Below the pieces are notes generated by a model that had not been told where the DNA came from, made no database searches, and saw only the letters and a program-made list of their open reading frames with translations. A stretch of 10,105 bases of DNA from Planctomycetota bacterium (GTDB taxonomy: Bacteria; Planctomycetota; UBA11346), in NCBI GenBank assembly GCA_038213805.1, contig JBBQSO010000133.1, positions 1 to 10,105 of the forward strand. The letters are read 5' to 3'. Positions within the stretch are counted from its first letter, which is position 1. Each line of letters begins with the position of its first letter. The position numbers and the translations under genes are program-made. Shown here in pieces: positions 1-5,256 of this stretch.

Positions 1-1
1 C

Positions 2-109
2 GCAATCTTCGAGTACATCGAAGTCTTCTACAACAAGATCCGTCGCCACACCTCCATCGGCAATCTCAGCCCGATGGACTTCGAACTCCAGCGGGCCAAG
101 GCCGCTTAA
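2..109 (+). CDS. IS3-family transposase (OrfB/integrase core) C-terminus, 5'-partial
   Basis: Manual translation AIFEYIEVFYNKIRRHTSIGNLSPMDFELQRAKAA* (TAA 107-109) matches the IS3 OrfB C-terminal signature IFEYIExFYNxxRxHSxLGxxSPxxFE. Confidence 0.92.
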   Translation, partial: AIFEYIEVFYNKIRRHTSIGNLSPMDFELQRAKAA

Positions 110-113
110 CCAC

Positions 114-139
114 CCGTACGCAGAATCGGGGGAGGATCA
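114..139. repeat. Right terminal inverted repeat (IRR) of the IS3-family element
   Basis: CCGTACGCAGAATCGGGGGAGGATCA lies just after the transposase stop and ends in CA. The partner IRL is outside the window, so the inner boundary is approximate. Confidence 0.75.
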
Positions 140-140
140 C

Positions 141-590
141 AGTTCCGAGATCGCCAAGGGCTTCCCGCATGCTCCGCTTCCAGCGACCAGCACCATCTCT
201 GTTGAGGCCCTCGCCGCCATCATCGGCGTCAAAGCCGCGGCCAAGGATGGCATGGCCAAGTTCACCATAGGGCGGTCGGTCACCATGCCATGCGGCTGCA
301 AGATCGGCAAAGAAATGGGCGCCAACACTTGGGCGGCCTTCATGGGTAGCGACGACCATGCAATTGTCGATGGCGACTTCGCAACCGGTCCCGGTGAATT
401 GCAGCCGGTTTTGCATGCATTGCGCGCAGGGAACATCGCCATCGTTGCTATCCACAGCCACATGGAGGATGAAACCCCGAGGCTGATCTTCCTGCACTAC
501 TGGGGCGTGGGAAAGGCTCAAGACTTGGCGAAGTCAGTGAAAAGTGCGCTCGATGCACAGGCTGATGCACAGGCTCATGCCGTCAAATAG
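141..590 (+). pseudogene. DUF1259 (LppY/LpqO-like) protein, C-terminal part; 5' end cut off by the IS3 element
   Basis: The frame of ORF 252..590 reads as protein back to the IS end (SSEIAKGFPHAPLPATSTISVEALAAIIGVKAAAKDG-MAKFTIGR...). Motifs MGxNTWAAFxG, VDGDFA, ELQPVLxALR, IVAIHSHM, PRLIFLHYWG are typical of the second repeat of two-domain DUF1259 proteins. Confidence 0.75.
552..575 (+). repeat. 12-bp perfect tandem duplication (GATGCACAGGCT x2), encoding DAQA-DAQA
   Basis: Seen directly at 552-563 and 564-575, followed by a partial CATGC. Confidence 0.9.
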
Positions 591-703
591 TGGGGAATTC
601 ACCCTGGTCGGGCCGGCGACGCCAGAGGACCTAGCCAGGGACGGCACCCAGTCGATCTGACTTTTTTCAGGACCCTCCTTCCCACCTAGACAAGGACCAT
701 GCC

Positions 704-994
704 ATGCGCGTCTCCCTTATTCCTCTCCTCGCCCTCGGGCTCTTCTTGAGTGCGCACAGCCGGCTGAGCGCCGCAGAGGGCGTAGACCACGCGCCTGCAG
801 TCAAGCCGGTGAACACCATCTGTCCGAACGAGGGCGACAAAGTGGATGCATCCATTCCGCCTGTGATCGTGACCACCAAGGCTGGCAAGACCGTTGCCAT
901 CGGCGTGTGCTGTAAGGACTGCCCACCGATTATCCGCAAGAACCCGGACAAGTATGCCACGGCTGCCATAGCCGACAAAAGGGCCGATAAGTGA
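704..994 (+). CDS. Small secreted Cys-rich protein with a YHS/TRASH-like metal-binding domain (96 aa)
   Basis: RBS AAGGA at 692-696. Signal peptide MRVSLIPLLALGLFLSAHSRLSA|AEG. Pattern PVNTICPxxGxxVD...GKTVAIGVCCKDC...NPDKY resembles YHS/TRASH (CPVxG...G.....CCxxC....P.KY). Confidence 0.8.
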   Translation: MRVSLIPLLALGLFLSAHSRLSAAEGVDHAPAVKPVNTICPNEGDKVDASIPPVIVTTKAGKTVAIGVCCKDCPPIIRKNPDKYATAAIADKRADK

Positions 995-1089
995 TTGTAA
1001 CGTTGTGATTGCTGTTGATTGCGCCTGCGCAGCTGGCGCACGTGCGGCCTGAGCGCGGAAGTAAGTCTAGGAGCCGCTGGGATGCAGCC

Positions 1090-1135
1090 GTGAACGTCAA
1101 TCCGGTCTGCTATGGCAGATCGGATTGACGCTCAC
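1090..1135. repeat. 46-bp near-perfect inverted repeat (21-bp arms, 4-nt loop)
   Basis: GTGAACGTCAATCCGGTCTGC-TATG-GCAGATCGGATTGACGCTCAC has 19/21 Watson-Crick pairs, one G-T wobble and one mismatch. Confidence 0.9.
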
Positions 1136-1352
1136 CGTCTACCCGGCGATGGACGGAAAGCTTCCCCCTCGGACGACGAGGAGCCAAAAACTTTCGCTTT
1201 GCCTGAGACCCTGGAGTCAGAGGGGAATTTCTGGGCGTGCTGCCTGACCCAGACGACGGCTTCATCCCTCCGTCATCCACTCCCCGACATCTGCAAGGAT
1301 CGCCGTTCCAGCACCGGCCGGTCCGCCTATGGTCATGAGCGGGGGCTCGCCC

Positions 1353-1694
1353 ATGAGGACCATGACCATCATCACCGCGGCCCTGCTCTTCGGCACCGGT
1401 CTCGCCCTCATCATCTCCTTGGATCAGGCCAGCCAGCTGTACAAGGAATTGGGAGTCGTCCTGCCCGGCATGACCGCAACGGTGCTCGACCTCCATTCCT
1501 GGCACGCCGATTACCTGCTTCTGGTCCTGGCCGTGGTCTGGATGGTGAAGGAGCGGCTCCTCACCGGGATGAAGCACCGGAGAGCGCTCGCCATAACAGG
1601 CCTTGTCGCGGTCAGTCTGCTCCCGCTGCTGGTCGCCCTGGTCCTGCTGCTGCCGCTCGTCATACTGACTGAAAACGTCGGCGCCCAAGGCTGA
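1353..1694 (+). CDS. Small membrane protein (about 3 TM helices) resembling the transmembrane segments and loop of PilC/GspF
   Basis: Three hydrophobic stretches. LYKELGVVLPGMTATVLDL follows TM1 and LVALVLLLPLVILTENV ends the protein. Alternative ATGs at 1329, 1335 and 1362; 1353 chosen for the G-rich SD-like run at 1341-1345. Confidence 0.7.
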   Translation: MRTMTIITAALLFGTGLALIISLDQASQLYKELGVVLPGMTATVLDLHSWHADYLLLVLAVVWMVKERLLTGMKHRRALAITGLVAVSLLPLLVALVLLLPLVILTENVGAQG

Positions 1695-1697
1695 AAA

Positions 1698-1716
1698 GCG
1701 GTTCCAGCGGGACCGT
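1698..1716. terminator. Short hairpin directly after the 1694 stop; possible terminator or stabiliser
   Basis: GCGGTTCC-AGC-GGGACCGT is an 8-bp stem with two G-T pairs. There is no U-tract on +; the AAAA upstream would give a short U-tract on -. Confidence 0.3.
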
Positions 1717-1858
1717 CCTGGCTGTGGTCCGCCTCCACCTTGGCCGCAACGCGCGCGATGTACCTACTCAGCCGACCGTTTCACGCCTCCTGGAACCTCA
1801 ATTCCACGCAGGGGTTCCTACGCTCAACCGATCAGCCCCACCACGGTATCACTACACC

Positions 1859-4800
1859 ATGTCCACCAAGCACGCCCTCAGCGGCCTCCTCTCCCTCACC
1901 CTGGCCGGCATGGCCATGGCGGCCGAAGGCCCGCAGGCGCCGCTCAGCGATGCCGACATTCTCAAGAAGGTCACCTATCCGACCGGCGAATTCGACGCCA
2001 CGGTGTTCGCCTCGCCGCCGAAGATCGACTATCCAATTTTCATCAGCGCCGCGGCCGACGGCACCCTGCTGGTTGGCTGCGACCAGAACGGCTCGCTCGA
2101 CCGCAAGCCCGGCCGCGGGCGCGTGGTGATGTGCCGCGACACCGACGGCGACGGCAAGGCCGACACCTTCACCACCTTCGCGACCATGGACAGCCCGCGC
2201 GGCGTGGCCTGGGACGCCAGCACCCGCACCCTGTACGTGATGCATCCGCCCAACCTCACCGCCTACCACGACGACAAGGGCGTGGGCGTGGCGAACCGCG
2301 AGGAGGACCTCATCACCGGCCTCGGCTTCGGTCTCGACTTCCGCGGCGCCGACCACACCACCAACGGCATCCGCATGGGCATCGACGGCTGGATCTACAT
2401 CGCGGTCGGCGACTACGGCGCGGTCAAGGCGACCGGCAAGGACGGCGCGAGCCTGGCCATGCGCGGCGGCGGCATCGTGCGCGTGCGCCCCGATGGCAGC
2501 GGCATGGAGCGCGTGGTGTGGGGCACGCGCAACATCCTGGCGGTCGCGATCAGCCCGACCCTGGACATCCTGACCCGCGACAACACCAACGACGGCGACG
2601 ACTGGAACGACCGCCTCAGTTTCAATCCCTTCGGCGCGAACATGGGCTACCCCATCCTGTTCCGCAACTTCGCCGATGAGACCATTCCCACCATGATCGA
2701 CTTCGGCGGCGGCTCGCCGGTCGGTTCGGTGTTCATCGACGAGCCAACCCTGCCCAAGGAGTGGTCCCACGGCTTCTTCAGCGTCGAGTGGGGCCGCGGC
2801 GAGATCGACCTGCACCCGCTCACCCCGGTCGGCGCGACCTACAAGGCCGAGACCAAGCAACTTGCCAAGCTGACGCGCCCGACCGACATGGACGTCGACG
2901 CGTCCGGGCACCTGTACGTGGCGAGCTGGGACGGCGCGACCTTCACCTACACCTCGCCGAACGTCGGCTACATCATCTGTTTGACACCCAAGGGCGCCAA
3001 AGCGGCGGCAGCGCCGGTTGCGGCCAAGCTCGATGAAAAGGCGCTGGTCGCGCAGATCGGCTCGCCGAGTGCCGTGCTGCGCTTCGCCGCGCAGCGCGAG
3101 CTGCTGGTGCGCGGCGCCAAGCCTGGCGTCGCTGAAGGTCTGCTCGCCCTGGTCGGCTCCAGCCACAATCTCGGCGTGCGCGTGGCCGCGATGTGCACGC
3201 TCAAACTGCTGCTCGGCGAGAAGGCGGTGCCGATGCTGGTGCCCCTGGCCAAGCACGACGAGCTGCACGAATACGTGCTCAAGGTCCTCGGCGAGGACCG
3301 CAAGCTGGCCGCCGCCGTGCCGGTGCAGCCCTTCCTCGACGGGCTCGCCGACGCGGACGCGCGCGTGCGCCTGCAGGCCGTCACCGGCCTCTGGCACCTT
3401 GGCAAGACCGAGGCCAGCGCGGAGCTGCTGACCGCCACCGCCGACGCCGACTACACCGTCGCGCACGTCGCGATGCGTGGCCTGGAATTCCTCAAGGCCG
3501 ACGCCGCCTGCCTGTCAGCGCTGGACAGTGCCGATACCAAGGTCCAGCCCGGCGCGCTGCGCGCCCTGCAGACCATGTACGAGCCCAAGGTCGTCGACGG
3601 GCTGATCACGCGCCTCGCGACGGCCAAGCCCGAGTTGCATCTGGGCATCTTCAAGGCGCTCTGCCGCCTCGCCTCGAAGGAGACCGTCTACAGCGACCCG
3701 AAGATGTGGTGGGGCACGCGCCCTGACACCAGCGGACCGATCTACAAGCCGGAGCAGTGGGAACAGACCGACAAGATCCTGACCGCCCTCAAGCAGGCCT
3801 TCGACGCCACGAGCGGGGACGAGGCCAAGGCCTGCGTGGTCGCGCTGATGCGCCACAAGCTCACCTTCCCGGGACTGGCCGAGGCGATGTTGGCCAAGGT
3901 CGGCAATGACACCGCGTCGCGCCTGGACGTCATCCAGAGCCTGGTCTCCGGCAAGACCCCGAACTCCGCGGAGGTGCTCAAGGCGCTTGCGGCCATCGCC
4001 ACCTCGCCGACCGAGGCCCCCGAGCTGCGCGCGCGCGCCTACCGCCTGCTGTCCTCAACCTTCGAGAAGGACAGCAAGCCGGCGATCGACGCCTTCGCCG
4101 CGCTGGCCGTGCCCGCGCCGCAGGGCGTGCTGGCCACGGTCTGGGAGGAGTTCACCCGCGACCAGCGCATGGCCAAGAAGGTCGGTGATTTCGCCGCGCT
4201 CACCCGCGACGCCGAGCCCGGCCGCCGCATCCTGGCCGCCACCGTGCTGGTCGACATCGTGACCAGCACCGTGCTCAAGGAGAAGGGCGCGAAAGACGCC
4301 GCCGAGAAGGAGCTCGCGCGCATGTGGGCGGAGCCCGAACCGGCGGTCTCGCTGCTTGAGGTCATCGCCCGCAACCACGCCACCCAGTTCACCGACAAGG
4401 TGCAGGAGAGCGCGGGCAGCGCCAACCCGGCGGTGGCCGCCGCTGCCAAGAAGACCCTCGCCACGCTCGGCCAGGACAAGGCCGCCGGCACCGCGTCAAA
4501 GCCCATCGGCCAGATGGCCTACGAGGACGTGGTCACGGCGGTGCTCGCCGCGAAGCCCACGCCGGAGCAGGGCCGCCAGCTCTTCCTCCAGCAGGGTTGC
4601 ATAATCTGCCACACGCTGTCGGCGAAGGAGCCGCCCAAAGGCCCGATGCTGGGCGGCATCACCGCGCGCTACAACCTCACCGAGCTCTGCGAGTCGGTGC
4701 TGAAGCCCAGCGCCAAGATCGCCCAGGGCTTCGAGTCGCAGCACATCGTGCTGAAGAACGGCACGGTTATCGACGGCTTCGTCGCCAAGGAGGGCGGCGA

Positions 4801-4972
4801 TTCGGTCGACGTGCGCAACATCACCGGCATCGTCACGGTCATCGAGAAGGGCGACATCGCCAAGCGCGAGCGCAGCGAGAAATCGATCATGCCCGAGGGC
4901 CTGGTGAACAACATCACGCCCCAGGACCTGGCCGCGCTGATCGCCTTCATCGGGTCGCAGGGCGGCAAGTAG
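1859..4972 (+). CDS. Secreted PVC-type heme-binding CxxCH protein: glucose/sorbosone dehydrogenase-like beta-propeller + HEAT-like repeats + C-terminal cytochrome c (1037 aa)
   Basis: Start reassigned to ATG 1859, which gives signal peptide MSTKHALSGLLSLTLAGMAMA|AEG and is where strong GC3 bias begins. Propeller motifs DTDGDGKAD, DHTTNGIRMGIDGWIYIAVGD, GTRN, RPTDMDVDASGHLYVASW. HEAT-like LADADARVRLQAVxxL. C-terminal GRQLF...CIICH (4598-4612)...GPML...ESVLKPSAKIAQGF...SIMPEGL, the last supplying a likely Met ligand. Confidence 0.9.
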   Translation: MSTKHALSGLLSLTLAGMAMAAEGPQAPLSDADILKKVTYPTGEFDATVFASPPKIDYPIFISAAADGTLLVGCDQNGSLDRKPGRGRVVMCRDTDGDGKADTFTTFATMDSPRGVAWDASTRTLYVMHPPNLTAYHDDKGVGVANREEDLITGLGFGLDFRGADHTTNGIRMGIDGWIYIAVGDYGAVKATGKDGASLAMRGGGIVRVRPDGSGMERVVWGTRNILAVAISPTLDILTRDNTNDGDDWNDRLSFNPFGANMGYPILFRNFADETIPTMIDFGGGSPVGSVFIDEPTLPKEWSHGFFSVEWGRGEIDLHPLTPVGATYKAETKQLAKLTRPTDMDVDASGHLYVASWDGATFTYTSPNVGYIICLTPKGAKAAAAPVAAKLDEKALVAQIGSPSAVLRFAAQRELLVRGAKPGVAEGLLALVGSSHNLGVRVAAMCTLKLLLGEKAVPMLVPLAKHDELHEYVLKVLGEDRKLAAAVPVQPFLDGLADADARVRLQAVTGLWHLGKTEASAELLTATADADYTVAHVAMRGLEFLKADAACLSALDSADTKVQPGALRALQTMYEPKVVDGLITRLATAKPELHLGIFKALCRLASKETVYSDPKMWWGTRPDTSGPIYKPEQWEQTDKILTALKQAFDATSGDEAKACVVALMRHKLTFPGLAEAMLAKVGNDTASRLDVIQSLVSGKTPNSAEVLKALAAIATSPTEAPELRARAYRLLSSTFEKDSKPAIDAFAALAVPAPQGVLATVWEEFTRDQRMAKKVGDFAALTRDAEPGRRILAATVLVDIVTSTVLKEKGAKDAAEKELARMWAEPEPAVSLLEVIARNHATQFTDKVQESAGSANPAVAAAAKKTLATLGQDKAAGTASKPIGQMAYEDVVTAVLAAKPTPEQGRQLFLQQGCIICHTLSAKEPPKGPMLGGITARYNLTELCESVLKPSAKIAQGFESQHIVLKNGTVIDGFVAKEGGDSVDVRNITGIVTVIEKGDIAKRERSEKSIMPEGLVNNITPQDLAALIAFIGSQGGK

Positions 4973-4987
4973 GCGCCGCGCCACGCG

Positions 4988-5016
4988 CGCGGTGCCGGCA
5001 TCCGGCCGGCACCGCG
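4988..5016. terminator. Perfect 12-bp GC-rich hairpin just downstream of the CxxCH gene
   Basis: CGCGGTGCCGGC-ATCCG-GCCGGCACCGCG. The hairpin is certain, but there is no U-tract, so a terminator role is not. Confidence 0.5.
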
Positions 5017-5033
5017 ACGGCCCGCCGTCCGAC

Positions 5034-5100
5034 GGGAGGGCGAGCCATGGCTTGACCACGCGCATCGGCCGCCCTGGCCGAGCGGGGGCTCGACCTTCCC
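5034..5100. repeat. REP-like inverted doublet (REPIN-like)
   Basis: Left unit GGGAGGGCGAGCCATGGCTTGACC (5034-5057) aligns with the reverse complement of the right unit (5076-5100), GGGAAGGTCGAGCCCCCGCTCGGCC. Each unit is itself an imperfect palindrome preceded by a purine tract. Confidence 0.55.
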
Positions 5101-5256
5101 AGCGGAACGCCGTCAGCACGGGAGCGCTCCCGCGGATTCGCGACGCGCGAGCCACCAGGCATTGTACCGCCCCGGTTGCCATTGGCAGCGACGGCCGCGC
5201 ACGTATCGTCCCGGCTCTGCCGTCCGGCTGCCGGGCGGTGCAACCATGGAGCCGTC

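Larger units (their letters stand above)
1..139 (+). mobile_element. IS3-family insertion sequence, right end (continues beyond the left edge of the window)
   Basis: Transposase C-terminal motif in frame +2 is followed directly by a terminus whose reverse complement is TGATCCTCCCCCGATTCTGCGTACGG, matching the 5'-TG...CA-3' ends of IS3 elements. After 139 the sequence switches into the middle of an unrelated reading frame. Confidence 0.9.

Noticed and set aside
3..140. The DUF1259 frame stays open back through the IS end to the window edge, suggesting a transposase-DUF1259 frameshift fusion
   Set aside because: 46 stop-free codons is unremarkable at this GC content. There is no slippery site, and IS3 programmed frameshifts occur between orfA and orfB, not here.
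995..1010. TTGTAACGTTGTGA as a LacI-type operator
   Set aside because: Only the 6-bp core AACGTT is palindromic, and it lies right after a stop codon, far from the next start.
1090..1135. Palindrome as an integron attC site, CRISPR repeat or IscB omegaRNA/HEARO 5' end (GTCAA...TTGAC)
   Set aside because: It lacks proper RYYYAAC/GTTRRRY boxes, is a single copy with no spacers, and has no integrase, cas, iscB or tnpB gene or downstream omegaRNA motifs in the window.
1110..1688. ORFs 1112..1672 (+) with a His-rich patch (HEDHDHHH) and 1110..1688 (-)
   Set aside because: Both overlap the better-supported membrane-protein frame and start or end inside the palindrome. The His patch is the off-frame reading of ATG ACC ATC ATC ACC.
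1724..1858. 45-aa N-terminal extension of the CxxCH protein from GTG 1724 (likewise 5176-5256 for sthA)
   Set aside because: Codon usage is atypical. ATG 1859 gives a clean signal peptide, and ATG 5257 has an RBS and puts the FAD motif at the N-terminus.
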